From: Pseudomonadota bacterium
Lineage (GTDB): Archaea; Thermoplasmatota; SW-10-69-26; JACQPN01; JAJPHT01
Length of the DNA: 64,000 bases
Direction: 5' to 3'
Assembly (NCBI GenBank): GCA_021325135.1
Contig: JAJPHT010000029.1
Location: 128,001-192,000 of the forward strand
Shown: one piece after another, positions 28,452-38,040 of the stretch
How the letters are laid out: each line of letters starts with the position of its first letter
Position numbering within the stretch: position 1 is the stretch's first letter
Notes under the pieces: generated by a model
Told to the model about the DNA's origin: nothing
The model's database searches: none
The model's input: only the letters and a program-made list of their open reading frames with translations
Program-made: the position numbers and the translations under genes

Positions 28452-29204
28452 CCGACCGCGGTACGCGCGGGGGAAGGCGTTGATGACCCGAGTTGTAGTC
28501 CGGACCATGCGTCGACCGTGGACCGCGCGCCCATGAACGTTTCGGGGAGTGCCCCAAACGTGCCCCCGATTTCCCGTGCGACCTATGGAGGGCAAAGGGG
28601 ATGCGTCCAGAACTCAGGCCCCGGTCGGCGGGGCATCCGGCGAGAAAGGGGGTGCGTCAAAAACGGCTTGGCCGATTTCGTCTATAGACGGATGCTGACA
28701 AGAAGGATTACGTCATCGAGTGGCGTCGCTACTGCGGTGCGCTCCGGTCCTCGCCCGCGCAAGCAACGCGGACGACGGCCGGCCGCGCGCAAGCTCGCCG
28801 GGGAGACCAAGGACTCGCGGCCCAAGGTCTCCCCGGCGCGCGGCGCTCAAGGGCGCGAGCCGATGCTCACAGGGCCGCCTTTGGCCCGGGCGCCTGCGGA
28901 GGATAGGTTCTGCTTAGGCGCTCGGTTGGTCCGCCGCGTCCGGCCCCCCGTCGGGTGTCGGATTCCCACCGTCCGGCGGGGTGGGCTCGCTTCGAACCAC
29001 CGTCAGCGCGTGGCTCTCGCAGTCCAAGACCACATCCGTGAACCGCGCAGCCTGCTCGAAGGCGCTCTTCTACATCGCAAAGGTTGGACGCAAAGTCGCT
29101 CCTGCGGGGGAGCGGCCACCGCTGCCGCAGGTGTGACAGATGGTCAAGACGTTACATGCCGAAAACGCGGCTTGACCCATCCGGGGTCCGCCGTAATTTG
29201 GCTA

Positions 29205-29275
29205 TGCGCCCGCCGGGATTCGAACCCGGGCGAGAAGCTTGGAAGGCTTCCATGATACCGCTTCATCACGGGCGC
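29205..29275 (-). tRNA. tRNA-Gly (TCC)
   Basis: Acceptor GCGCCCG/CGGGCGC; anticodon arm GAAGC-CTTCCAA-GCTTC; T-loop TTCGAAT. Confidence 0.95.
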
Positions 29276-29515
29276 GCGTGACGATCCCCCAAGGGGGCTG
29301 GCCGCGGCGATGGGGGTCCCCTCCTTTCAACGTTGGGGAAGCGTGGCCTCTTTTCGCGCCCCGTTCCGTCGCGTCGTGGCGCCGTGGCGTCGTCTCGTTG
29401 AGTGGTGACAGAGGGGCCCCGTCCCGCGACCGGCGCGCAAGGGTTTGCCCCGCTGCAACTTCCTTGCGCCCCTCTTGGGTGATGGTCAAGCCCAGGAGCG
29501 CGCTAGGCGGGGCCC

Positions 29516-30412
29516 GTGAAAGGGTACGCCCGCAAGGTGCGCCGGGTCCTCGTGGTGGTGATGGCGGCGAACCTGGCCATCGCGGCGGGGAAGATCGTCA
29601 TCGGCAGCCTGGCGAACAGCCTCGCGGTGGTGGCGGACGGGCTGCACTCGGGCGTGGACGCGCTGGCCAACGCGGTGGCGCTGCTGATCCTGCGCTACTC
29701 GACGCGGCCCGCGGACGAGGATCACCCTTACGGGCACTCGAAGTACGAGACCATGGCGGCCTTCGCGCTGAGCGCCCTGCTGCTGCTCACGGCGTTCGAG
29801 CTGGGGCGGCAGGCCGTGGGGCGTATCGCGCATCCGGAGACGACGACGGTGAGCGCGCTCACGCTGGGCGTCATGGTGGTGACGGTGGCGGTGAACGTCG
29901 CGGTGGCGTGGTCGGAGCGGCGCGCGGGGCGGCGCTACGCCAGCGACGTGCTCCTCGCGGACGCGGCGCAGACGAGGGCGGACGTCTTCGTCTCCCTGGC
30001 CGTGCTCGCGGGGCTCGCGCTCCACCGCCTGGAGATCCCGGGGCTGGACCCGATCCTCGACCCGCTGCTGGCGCTGGGCGTGTCGCTGTTCATCGCGTAT
30101 GCCGCGTATGCGGTGTTCCGCGACGTGCTGCCCATCCTCACGGACCGCATCGCGTTCGATCCCGGGCAGATCGCCGCGCTGGTGCGCCAGGTGCCGGGCG
30201 TGCGCAGCGTGCACGACATCCGCAGCCGCGGCCCCGCGCGGGAGGCCTACGTGCAGATGCATCTCGTGGTGGACCCGGCGGACGTGGAGGGCGCGCACGC
30301 CATCGCAGACGAGGTGGAGCGCCGCCTCGCGGAGTCGTTGGGCGTCAAGGAGACGTTCGTGCACATCGAGCCCCACGACGACGCGTCGGGGCCGCCCGGC
30401 ACGCGGGGATGA
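29516..30412 (+). CDS. Cation diffusion facilitator (FieF/CzcD family)
   Basis: ADGLHSGVD, PADEDHPYGHSKYE, HDIRSR, VHIEP. Confidence 0.92.
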   Translation: MKGYARKVRRVLVVVMAANLAIAAGKIVIGSLANSLAVVADGLHSGVDALANAVALLILRYSTRPADEDHPYGHSKYETMAAFALSALLLLTAFELGRQAVGRIAHPETTTVSALTLGVMVVTVAVNVAVAWSERRAGRRYASDVLLADAAQTRADVFVSLAVLAGLALHRLEIPGLDPILDPLLALGVSLFIAYAAYAVFRDVLPILTDRIAFDPGQIAALVRQVPGVRSVHDIRSRGPAREAYVQMHLVVDPADVEGAHAIADEVERRLAESLGVKETFVHIEPHDDASGPPGTRG

Positions 30413-30477
30413 AAGCCCCGCGGATTGGGCAAGGGTTAAGGCAGCCGCCCCCGGTCGGCCTGCCAGGTGTTGCATCG

Positions 30478-31809
30478 TTGACGGGGGCCGCTGAAGCGCC
30501 GGACGCGAGCCAGAAGCTCCGCCTCGTGCTGGACTACCTGCCCTGCGAGGCGTGCCTCGCGCAGCCCGTGAAGGACCAGGACCTCCTCTGCTCGGTGTGC
30601 CACCGCCTGCACCGCCAGGTGTCGGTCCGCGTCGCGACGCGCACCACCGTCATCGTGGAGCGCCCGGACCTCCCCGCGCCCGCCGCTCCCGTGGTGATCC
30701 CGCCCGCCGCGCCGGAGACGCCCATGGTGGAGGTCGCCCCCCCGCCGCCCGAGGCCCCGCCCGCTCCGCCTCCGCTTCCCGAGCTGGAGGTCGTGACCGA
30801 GCCCTTCGAGGAGCCTGCGCCGCCCGCCCCCGAGCCGGAGCCCGTCCCCGCCGTGGAGATGCAGGACGAGCCGGAGCCCGAGGAGCCCGCCAGGAAGCGC
30901 TTCGGCCTCTTCCGCAGGAAGCCCGCGGAGCCCGAGCCCGCGCCGGAGGAGCCCACGTTCGACGACGTCGCGGGCTTCGAGCCCACCGAGGAGGGGTTCG
31001 GCGTCGCGCGCGGCGAGCCCGAGTTCGCTCCCGAGGACGTGGTCGAGGTGGCGCACGAGGAGCCGCCCGCCCCCGAGCCGGAGCCGCAGCCCGAGCCCGA
31101 GGTGCTGGCGGAGTCCGAGCCCGAGGTGGAGTCCGACTTCATCTTCCGCCCCCCCGAGGAGGAGCCGGAGCCCGCGTACACGGAGCCCGCCTACGAGGAG
31201 CCCGAGCCCGTGGAGGAGATCGCGCTGGAGCCCGAGCCGGGCGAGACCTACGAGCCCTCCCCGTGGGCGCCCCGCGAGGAGGAGGTCCTCCCCGAGGAGC
31301 CGGAGCCGCAGCCCGAGTGGGCGCCGCCTCCCGAGCCCGAGGAGGAGGTCGTGGAGATGGAGGTGCTTCCCGACGAGGAGGAGGTGCTGGAGGCCGAGAT
31401 CGTCGAGGAGGAGGTGATCCCGGCGGAGGTGCTCGAAGAGGAGATCACCCCCGCAGCGGAGCCCTCGTCGGACCTTTACCGCCTACGCGGCTTCGCTCCC
31501 GACCACGAGGAGGCGCTGCGCGCGGTGGGCGTCGACAGCCTGGCGAGCCTCGCGGGGCACGACCCCAACGAGCTTGCAGGGCGCTCGGGCCTGCCTGCGG
31601 AGACCCTGGCGTTGTGGGTGCAGGTGGCGGACCTCGTGCACGAGGTGGGCGTGCCCATCGACAGCGCGTCTGCCCTGGTGGCGGCGGGCATCGCAGGCCC
31701 CCGCGGCCTGCGCGACGCGACGGAGGAGGAGATCCTCGATCGCGTCGAGGCGTTTGGCGGGTTGCGCTTGTCCGGGCGCGACGTGAAGCGGTGGAAGCGC
31801 CGGGCGTAG
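30478..31809 (+). CDS. Acidic Pro/Glu-rich protein with N-terminal Cys4 finger and C-terminal HhH/DUF4332-like domain
   Basis: CEAC...CSVC; long EPEP region; DLYRLRGFAPDHEEALRAVGVDSLASLA; start uncertain. Confidence 0.7.
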   Translation: MTGAAEAPDASQKLRLVLDYLPCEACLAQPVKDQDLLCSVCHRLHRQVSVRVATRTTVIVERPDLPAPAAPVVIPPAAPETPMVEVAPPPPEAPPAPPPLPELEVVTEPFEEPAPPAPEPEPVPAVEMQDEPEPEEPARKRFGLFRRKPAEPEPAPEEPTFDDVAGFEPTEEGFGVARGEPEFAPEDVVEVAHEEPPAPEPEPQPEPEVLAESEPEVESDFIFRPPEEEPEPAYTEPAYEEPEPVEEIALEPEPGETYEPSPWAPREEEVLPEEPEPQPEWAPPPEPEEEVVEMEVLPDEEEVLEAEIVEEEVIPAEVLEEEITPAAEPSSDLYRLRGFAPDHEEALRAVGVDSLASLAGHDPNELAGRSGLPAETLALWVQVADLVHEVGVPIDSASALVAAGIAGPRGLRDATEEEILDRVEAFGGLRLSGRDVKRWKRRA

Positions 31810-31816
31810 GTGCCGC

Positions 31817-33112
31817 ATGCGTGGCTGGATCGACGAGGCGCGCGACCATGTCCGCGCGATTCTCGGCGCCGCCCTCCTTGCCGCCAATCCGCAGACCGTC
31901 ATGCGCTCGGTGCGCCGCGACGGCGACGACCTGCTTCTTCCCGACGGATCGAGCGTCCGCCTTGCCGGCCGAGCCGTGCGCTGCCTCGCGGTGGGCAAGG
32001 CCGCGGGCGGCATGGCCGCGCACGCGCAACCGTGGGGCCCCTTCGCGGAGGCCGTGGTCGTGGCGCCCCACGAGGTGGACCTCCCCGGCTTCGAGGGCTT
32101 CGTGGGCGGACATCCCACGCCCGACGCGGGGAGCCTCGCGGCGGGCGAGCGCGCGCTGGCCCTCGCCCGCGCCTGCGGGCCCGGCGACCTGCTGATCGTC
32201 TTGCTATCAGGTGGGGCCTCCGCGCTCTGCGAGTCGCCCCTGGTGCCGCTCTCCGACCTCCAGCGCGTGAACGGCCTGCTCCTGCACGCCGACGCGCCCA
32301 TCGAGGAGGTCAACGCGGTGCGGCGCCACCTCTCGGCGCTCAAGGGGGGCCGCCTCGCGCTGGCGTGCGCGGGCGAGGTCCTGCTCCTGGCCATCAGCGA
32401 CGTGGAGCCCGGCGACCTGGCGAGCCTGGGCTCGGGCCCGGTGAGCCCGGACCCCACGACGTGCGCCGACGCGCTGGAGGTCCTGGCGCGTCGCGGCGTC
32501 CTCGACGCCGTGCCGCCCCGCGCGCGGGCCGTCCTGGAGTCGGGCGAGGGGGAGACGCCCAAGCCTGGCGACGCGGCGTTCGCGCGCGTGCGCTCCTTTG
32601 TGCTGGCCGACAACGACACGGCGCTGCGCGCGGCCTCGCTCCAGGCGTCGCGGCTGGGCTACGACGTGCGGATGCTGTCGGGCTGGCTGCGGGGCGAGGC
32701 GCGGGAGCGCGGCCGCGACCTCGCGCAGGCCGCACGCGACGCCGCCACCGGCCGCGGCCGCCCCCTGGCGCTCCTGGCGGGCGGCGAGACGGTCGTGCGC
32801 GTCGCGGGACACGGCAAGGGGGGCCGCAGCCAGGAGATCGCCCTCGCGGCGATGGAGGGGCTCTCCGCGCAGGACGCCGCGCTCGCCGCGCTGGGCACCG
32901 ACGGCCGCGACGGGCCCACCGACGCGGCGGGCGCCATCGTGGACGGCCGCAGCCTCGCGCGGGCCCAGGCGCTGGGCCTCGACGTGGGCGCGCACCTGGA
33001 GGAGAATGATAGCTTCCCCGTCTTCGAGGCGCTGCACGACCTCATCCGCACGGGCCCCACCGGGACCAACGTGCGCGACGTCGTCGTGCTCCTCGTGCGG
33101 CGCGGCTCATGA
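31817..33112 (+). CDS. Glycerate 2-kinase (DUF4147/MOFRL family)
   Basis: AVGKAA, GGHPTPD, LLSGGASAL, KGGRL, SDV, GGETVV, GTDGRDG, TGPTGTNVRD. Confidence 0.92.
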   Translation: MRGWIDEARDHVRAILGAALLAANPQTVMRSVRRDGDDLLLPDGSSVRLAGRAVRCLAVGKAAGGMAAHAQPWGPFAEAVVVAPHEVDLPGFEGFVGGHPTPDAGSLAAGERALALARACGPGDLLIVLLSGGASALCESPLVPLSDLQRVNGLLLHADAPIEEVNAVRRHLSALKGGRLALACAGEVLLLAISDVEPGDLASLGSGPVSPDPTTCADALEVLARRGVLDAVPPRARAVLESGEGETPKPGDAAFARVRSFVLADNDTALRAASLQASRLGYDVRMLSGWLRGEARERGRDLAQAARDAATGRGRPLALLAGGETVVRVAGHGKGGRSQEIALAAMEGLSAQDAALAALGTDGRDGPTDAAGAIVDGRSLARAQALGLDVGAHLEENDSFPVFEALHDLIRTGPTGTNVRDVVVLLVRRGS

Positions 33113-33439
33113 GGGCGGGCCCAGCATCGAATCGGCCAGCTCCTTCTGGTCCCACGAGAAGGCGCGCGCCATCCTCAGGCCCGCGCCGCGGGGGACGCCC
33201 AGCATCGCCAGCGGCCTCGGGAAGCGCGCCCACTCCACGGCCAGGCGCCCCGGGCCACGCGAGAGCACGCGCCCCACCGCGATGGCGCCCGCGTCCTCGC
33301 GGTGGAGGAACACGTAGTCCCGCGGCTGGAGCGCGACGCGCGACGCGGCCGGCGGGTCGAACGTCCCCGCGGCGATCCAGCGCGACGCCTGCTCCGCGTC
33401 CGCGCGCGCGAGGCGCAGATGCCAGACCCGGGGCGCCAT
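33107..33439 (-). CDS. Hypothetical protein
   Basis: 110-aa ORF, plausible codon usage, convergent with the kinase. Confidence 0.5.
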   Translation of the reverse strand: MAPRVWHLRLARADAEQASRWIAAGTFDPPAASRVALQPRDYVFLHREDAGAIAVGRVLSRGPGRLAVEWARFPRPLAMLGVPRGAGLRMARAFSWDQKELADSMLGPPS

Positions 33440-33588
33440 GGGGCCACCCGAGCCTCGTCGTCCGTGAGGGGCGTTCGGGAGGGGTGGAACGGAAGTGAGA
33501 CGCGCCCATCCCGGAGTGCCGAATCGTTAAATAGGGCGAGCGGGATGGGGGCGCCACCCCTGGTGGCGAAAGCCGCCGAGAATTCCAC

Positions 33589-33661
33589 GGGTCCGTGGGG
33601 TAGCTTGGTATCCTTGGTGCTTGGGGTGCACTTGACTCCAGTTCAAATCTGGACGGACCCA
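33589..33661 (+). tRNA. tRNA-Pro (GGG)
   Basis: Acceptor GGGTCCG/CGGACCC; anticodon arm GGTGC-TTGGGGT-GCACT; T-arm TCCAG-TTCAAAT-CTGGA; TTAAATA box at 33527. Confidence 0.93.
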
Positions 33662-33711
33662 CTCCTCCGGAGTCACCCCGCGCCTGCGGGGCGGAGAAGG
33701 AGAATCTTTCC

Positions 33712-34014
33712 ATGGACGTGAACCGCGCCCTGCGCAACGCCGCCGCCACCGGCACCGTGAACCTCGGCTACAAGGAGACGCTGGCCGCCATCGAGACCAA
33801 GAAGGCCAAGCTGGTCGTCCTCGCCGACAACGCGCCCGCCGAGATCGTCGGCAACATCGAGACCGCGACCCGCGCCCACAAGGTGCCCGTCTACCGCTAC
33901 GGCGGCAAGAACACCGAGCTGGGCCCCGCGTGCGGGCGCCCCTACAGCGTCGCCGTCCTCTCCATCGTGGACGCGGGCGACAGCGACGTCCTCCAGCTCG
34001 CCAAGGGCGCCTGA
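33712..34014 (+). CDS. rpl30e: 50S ribosomal protein L30e
   Basis: ATGTVNLGYKET...AKLVVLADNAP...ELGPACGRPYSVAVLSIVDAGDSD. Confidence 0.95.
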   Translation: MDVNRALRNAAATGTVNLGYKETLAAIETKKAKLVVLADNAPAEIVGNIETATRAHKVPVYRYGGKNTELGPACGRPYSVAVLSIVDAGDSDVLQLAKGA

Positions 34015-34095
34015 GGGAGCGAAGGCGGATGCCGAGCGAACGCGAGGACCGCAGCGGCTGCGCTCCGCAGCCGCGAGGACCGGAGCTGCGCTGAC

Positions 34096-34521
34096 ATGGT
34101 CGAGATCAAGCTGGACGCCGAGGCGCTCCGCATCTTCTCCATGTTCGAGCGTATGACCGGCGCCGAGCTGAAGGACTTCCAGGAGGAGGAGGACCGCGTG
34201 GTCTTCGTCGTCGTGGAGGGCCAGATCGGCCGCGCGGTGGGCAAGGGCGCGCAGAACCTCAAGCGCCTGCGCGAGACGCTGGGCAAGGAGGTCGTGCTCT
34301 ACGGCTACGCGGCCGACCGCGAGCAGTTCCTCAAGAACGTCTTCCACCGATTCACCGTGGAGGGCGTCGAGTGGGAAGACCGCAACGGCGACATCATCGC
34401 CCACGTGAAGCTCCCGCAAGAGGAGAAGGGCAAGGCCATCGGCAAGGGCGGCCGCAACATCCAGCTTGCGCGGCAGCTCATGAAGCGCCACCACCAGGTG
34501 GCCGACGTCAGCCTGGAGTGA
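34096..34521 (+). CDS. nusA: Archaeal NusA (two KH domains)
   Basis: FERMTGA, GRAVGKGAQN, KGKAIGKGGRNI. Confidence 0.95.
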   Translation: MVEIKLDAEALRIFSMFERMTGAELKDFQEEEDRVVFVVVEGQIGRAVGKGAQNLKRLRETLGKEVVLYGYAADREQFLKNVFHRFTVEGVEWEDRNGDIIAHVKLPQEEKGKAIGKGGRNIQLARQLMKRHHQVADVSLE

Positions 34522-35710
34522 CCTCGCGGTACACCGCCAGCGTGCGGTCCGCCACGGCGTCCCACGAGAAGAGCGACATCGCGCGCTCGCGCCCCGCGGC
34601 GCCCATCCTTTTTCCGATCCATGGCGCGCGCAGCAGCTCGCCCATGGCGCCGGCCAGCGCGGCCTCGTCGCCGTAGGGCACCAGCAGCCCCGTGCGCCCC
34701 TCCTGCACGACCTCGGGGGCGCCGCCCACGCGCGTCGCGACGCAGGGCACGCCGCACGCCATGGCCTCCAGCAGCACGATGCCGAAGGCCTCCCACTCGC
34801 TGGGCAGCACGAAGAGGTCCGCCGCGGCGAGGTGCTCGCGGTACGCGCCATCGGGGAGGTGGCCCGTGAAGCGCACGCGGTCCGCGATGCCGCGCTCCTT
34901 CGCCATGGCCTCCAGCCGTGGGCGCCACCCCTGGTCCTCGCCCGCCAGGACGAGCACGGCGGCGGGGTCCCCCTTCGCGGCGGCCGCGAAGGCGGGCACC
35001 AGCACGTGCAGGCCCTTGTTGCTGGCGAGGCGGCCGGCGAAGAGGACGATCTTCGCACCCGAAGGGAGGCCCAAGCGGTGGCGCACGCCCTCGCCATCGG
35101 GCACGCTGCGGAACTTGTCGGCGTCGAAGCCGTTGGGGATGACGCGCACCTTGGCCTCGTCCAGCGGGAGGTGCTTCTTCATCTCCTCGATCTCGCCGCG
35201 GCTCACACCGATGACGCGCGAGGCCTGGCGGACCACCGAGGCGCCCAGCGTGGGGTCGAACGCGCGGCGCAGGAGGCGCCGGCCGGCACCCCCCTCCATG
35301 CTCCAGGGCGGGTGGAAGTGCGGCGTGAAGACCAGCGGCGTGCCGGTCGCGCGGGAGGCCCGCGCCGCGGCGACGGTCTGGTGATAGCCGTAGGAGTGGG
35401 CATGCAGCACGTCGGCGCCGCGGGCGGCCTCGCGCAGCGCGCGGGGCAGGGCGGGCATCACGGTCCACGATCCCAGGAGGCGCCGCGCGCGGTGGCGGAC
35501 GACCTTCACGCCGCCCATCTCGCCCCCCAGGTCGCCGCGCACGAAGGGGTACTCGGTGTGGAGGTCGCTGGTGTGCACGACGACGTCGTGCCCGCGGCGC
35601 GCGTAGGCCTCGGCGAGGCTGCGGACGTGCGTCTCCGCTCCGCCGGGCGCGGGAGGATATCGGACGCACGTCAGGACGATGCGCAGGGCGCGGTTCCCCC
35701 GCGCCGCCAA
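34508..35710 (-). CDS. Glycosyltransferase family 4
   Basis: YPPAPGGAE, IPNGFD, FAGRL..NKG, PSEWEAFGIVLLEAMACG. Confidence 0.92.
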   Translation of the reverse strand: MAARGNRALRIVLTCVRYPPAPGGAETHVRSLAEAYARRGHDVVVHTSDLHTEYPFVRGDLGGEMGGVKVVRHRARRLLGSWTVMPALPRALREAARGADVLHAHSYGYHQTVAAARASRATGTPLVFTPHFHPPWSMEGGAGRRLLRRAFDPTLGASVVRQASRVIGVSRGEIEEMKKHLPLDEAKVRVIPNGFDADKFRSVPDGEGVRHRLGLPSGAKIVLFAGRLASNKGLHVLVPAFAAAAKGDPAAVLVLAGEDQGWRPRLEAMAKERGIADRVRFTGHLPDGAYREHLAAADLFVLPSEWEAFGIVLLEAMACGVPCVATRVGGAPEVVQEGRTGLLVPYGDEAALAGAMGELLRAPWIGKRMGAAGRERAMSLFSWDAVADRTLAVYREVTPG

Positions 35711-35791
35711 GGCGGGCTCCCGGCATAAGCCCTGCCCGATTCAAGCGTCTTCATCGCCAACGTTAAGTGGCGCCGCGAGGGTCGCCGAGGC

Positions 35792-36499
35792 GTGAAGCGG
35801 GCGTTCCTGGACGAGGGCAGGCCCGAGGAGGTCGCCCACGCCATCCGCCAGGTGGTGGAGGCGCGCGGCGCCCTCGTGAGGGAGCACGTCGCCCGCCGCG
35901 TCCGCTTCGCCGACCAGCCCAAGGGGCGCGCCTGGCTGCGCGACGGCTACGTCGGCATCTACCAGCCCCTGGGCGAGCCCCAGGTGGAGGTGCGCCTCCT
36001 GCTGCGCGCCCGCTGGCCGTGGCGCATCCTCTGGACCGTCGCCCTGCTCAACCTCGTCCTGGCCCTCGTGCTCGTCATCACCGCCCCCGACGGCAACACG
36101 TGGTTCCTCGCCGCCTTCGCAGGCGGCTTCGCGCTCCTGGCGGCCGCGCTGGTCCACCTCAACACGCTGGAGCCCGTGCGTCAGGAGGAGGCCGCCTGGA
36201 TGGAGGCCTTCGAGCAGGAGCTTCGCCGCGAGCTTCCGGAGACCGAATTGGAGGACGCGCTCCAGCACGAGCGCCGCGCGGCCGAGCTGGAGCTGGAGGG
36301 CGAGATCGCGCAGCGCCGCGTCGCCCGCGCGCGGAAGAGCGCGCCCAAGCCGCCCAAGGAGAAGGGGCGCCGCTTCAGCCTCCGGCCCAACAAGGAGAAG
36401 GAGCCGGAGGAGAGCCCCGAGGACCGCCTCGCCAAGCTGCGCGCGCGCAAGGCGGAGCTTGAGGCCCAGCAGCAGCGCGAGGCCGACGGGAAGGCGTGA
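35792..36499 (+). CDS. Membrane protein with charged C-terminal tail
   Basis: Two TM helices; coiled-coil C-terminus. Confidence 0.65.
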   Translation: MKRAFLDEGRPEEVAHAIRQVVEARGALVREHVARRVRFADQPKGRAWLRDGYVGIYQPLGEPQVEVRLLLRARWPWRILWTVALLNLVLALVLVITAPDGNTWFLAAFAGGFALLAAALVHLNTLEPVRQEEAAWMEAFEQELRRELPETELEDALQHERRAAELELEGEIAQRRVARARKSAPKPPKEKGRRFSLRPNKEKEPEESPEDRLAKLRARKAELEAQQQREADGKA

Positions 36500-36970
36500 T
36501 CAGGCCTTCGTGAGGTCGAGGACGGCCGTGCCCATCCCCGAGCCGCGGAAGGTCACCGTCCACACGCCGGGCGCCAAGACCTGTCCGTCCTCCGAGACGA
36601 ACGTCTGGCAGTGGCCGCTGGAGCCCTTGACGGTGGAAGACGAGCCGTCGCTCATCGATCCCCCTTCAGGGTCCACGATCTTGACGTCGAACGAGCCGGA
36701 GCAGACCGGCGCGCCCTGGGGGCCGTCGAGGTAGACGTGCAGGTCGAGGGGCCCCCAGGAGGCGTAGATCGTGAAGTTGCGCGTCTCGTCGGGCTGGCGG
36801 TAGTCGTGGGTCCAGTGGAGGGGCGTGAAGCCGGGAGTCCCGGCCGCTCCCGGCTTGCCGGGGCTCCCGCCGTCGGGATGGGAGGGGGCGGAGGGCGTGG
36901 AAGGCGCGTCGGCGCTGGAGGAGCAGCCGGCCACGAAGGCCGCCAGCAGGAGGAGGGCGAGAGGGCGCAC
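36500..36970 (-). CDS. Lipoprotein
   Basis: Lipobox VAGC; Pro/Ser linker; beta-rich domain ending APGVWTVTF. Confidence 0.7.
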   Translation of the reverse strand: MRPLALLLLAAFVAGCSSSADAPSTPSAPSHPDGGSPGKPGAAGTPGFTPLHWTHDYRQPDETRNFTIYASWGPLDLHVYLDGPQGAPVCSGSFDVKIVDPEGGSMSDGSSSTVKGSSGHCQTFVSEDGQVLAPGVWTVTFRGSGMGTAVLDLTKA

Positions 36971-36997
36971 GCGCCGCTAACAAAGGCGGAGGATATG

Positions 36998-37960
36998 TTA
37001 CTTGCGGCGCTTCAGCACGTTGCGCACCGCGTCCGCGAGCGCCTTCCCGGTGAGGCCGTGCTTTTCGTACAATTCAGCGGGCAGCCCGCTCTCGACGTAG
37101 CGGTCCTGCACGCCGACGCGCGCCAGCGGCACGGGGTACGTGTCGCCCAGCGTCTCGGCCACCGCGCCGCCCAGGGCGCCGATCACCGTGTGGTCCTCGG
37201 CGGTGACCACCGCGCCGGTGTCGCGCGCCGCGCGCTCCAGCGTGGCGGCGTCCACGGGCTTCACGGTGTGCGCGTTGAGCACGCGCACCGAGACGCCCTC
37301 GCGCTTGAGGAGGTCGTGCGCGACGAGGGCCTCGGAGACCAGCGCGCCGCACGCGGCGAGGGTGGCGTCCACGCCGTCGCGCAGCACGGGCCACGCGCCG
37401 ATCCGGAAGGGCGCCTCGGGCTCGGTGAGGACGGGCACCTTCTGCCGCGTGAGCTTGAGGTACGCCGGCCCGTCGAAGGCGTTGAGCGCCGCGACGGCGT
37501 TCATGGCCTCGTTGGCGTCCGCCGGCACGACGACGCGGAAGTTGGGCAGCGCGCGGTAGATGGCGACGTCCTCGATGGCGTGGGCCGACGCGCCGTCCTC
37601 GCCGGTCATGATGCCGCCGTGGCTGCCCACGATCTTCACGTTGAGGTTGGGCCGCGCGACGGCGTTGCGCGTGATCTCGAAGGCGCGCTCGGTGAAGATG
37701 GCGAACGTGCTGGCGAAGGGGCGCAGCCCCGTGGTGGAGAGGCCCGCGGCGGTGAGGACCATGTCCTGCTCCGCGATGCCCATCTGGAAGAAGCGCTCGG
37801 GGTGCGCGTCGCCGAACCACTTGCTGCGCGTGCTCTCGGCCAGGTCCGCGTCCAGCGCCACGACGCGCGCGTCGCGCTCGCCTTCGCGGAAGAGGCCCGC
37901 TCCGTAGCCGTCCCGCGTCGGGGCGGGCTTGTCGAACCCTTGCGGCACCTTGTGGCTCAT
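36998..37960 (-). CDS. Transketolase, C-terminal subunit
   Basis: ALDADLAEST, GIAEQDM, GEDGASAHAIED, TAEDH.VIGALG. Confidence 0.92.
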   Translation of the reverse strand: MSHKVPQGFDKPAPTRDGYGAGLFREGERDARVVALDADLAESTRSKWFGDAHPERFFQMGIAEQDMVLTAAGLSTTGLRPFASTFAIFTERAFEITRNAVARPNLNVKIVGSHGGIMTGEDGASAHAIEDVAIYRALPNFRVVVPADANEAMNAVAALNAFDGPAYLKLTRQKVPVLTEPEAPFRIGAWPVLRDGVDATLAACGALVSEALVAHDLLKREGVSVRVLNAHTVKPVDAATLERAARDTGAVVTAEDHTVIGALGGAVAETLGDTYPVPLARVGVQDRYVESGLPAELYEKHGLTGKALADAVRNVLKRRK

Positions 37961-38040
37961 CGAGCCACCTCCGCAAGGGTTCGACAGGCCGAATCCGCAG
38001 ATTCGGCCGTGTCGAACTTCGCGGGGACCGCGTGGGCCAT
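37957..38040 (-). CDS. 27-aa intercistronic ORF coupled to both transketolase subunits
   Basis: TGATG overlap upstream and ATGA overlap downstream; MAHAVPAKFDTAESADSACRTLAEVAR. Confidence 0.45.
   Translation of the reverse strand: MAHAVPAKFDTAESADSACRTLAEVAR

Larger units (their letters stand above)
27978..29228. mobile_element. ~1.2-kb tRNA-Gly-integrated element or remnant bounded by 24-bp att-like direct repeats; no integrase
   Basis: TGCGCCCGCCGGGATTCGAACCCG at 27978-28001 and 29205-29228 (3' end of tRNA-Gly); lower GC and no long ORF with native codon bias inside. Confidence 0.8.

Noticed and set aside
28281-29255. 324-aa ORF spanning the island as a possible integrase
   Set aside because: No tyrosine-recombinase catalytic motif pattern, atypical composition, runs antisense into the tRNA
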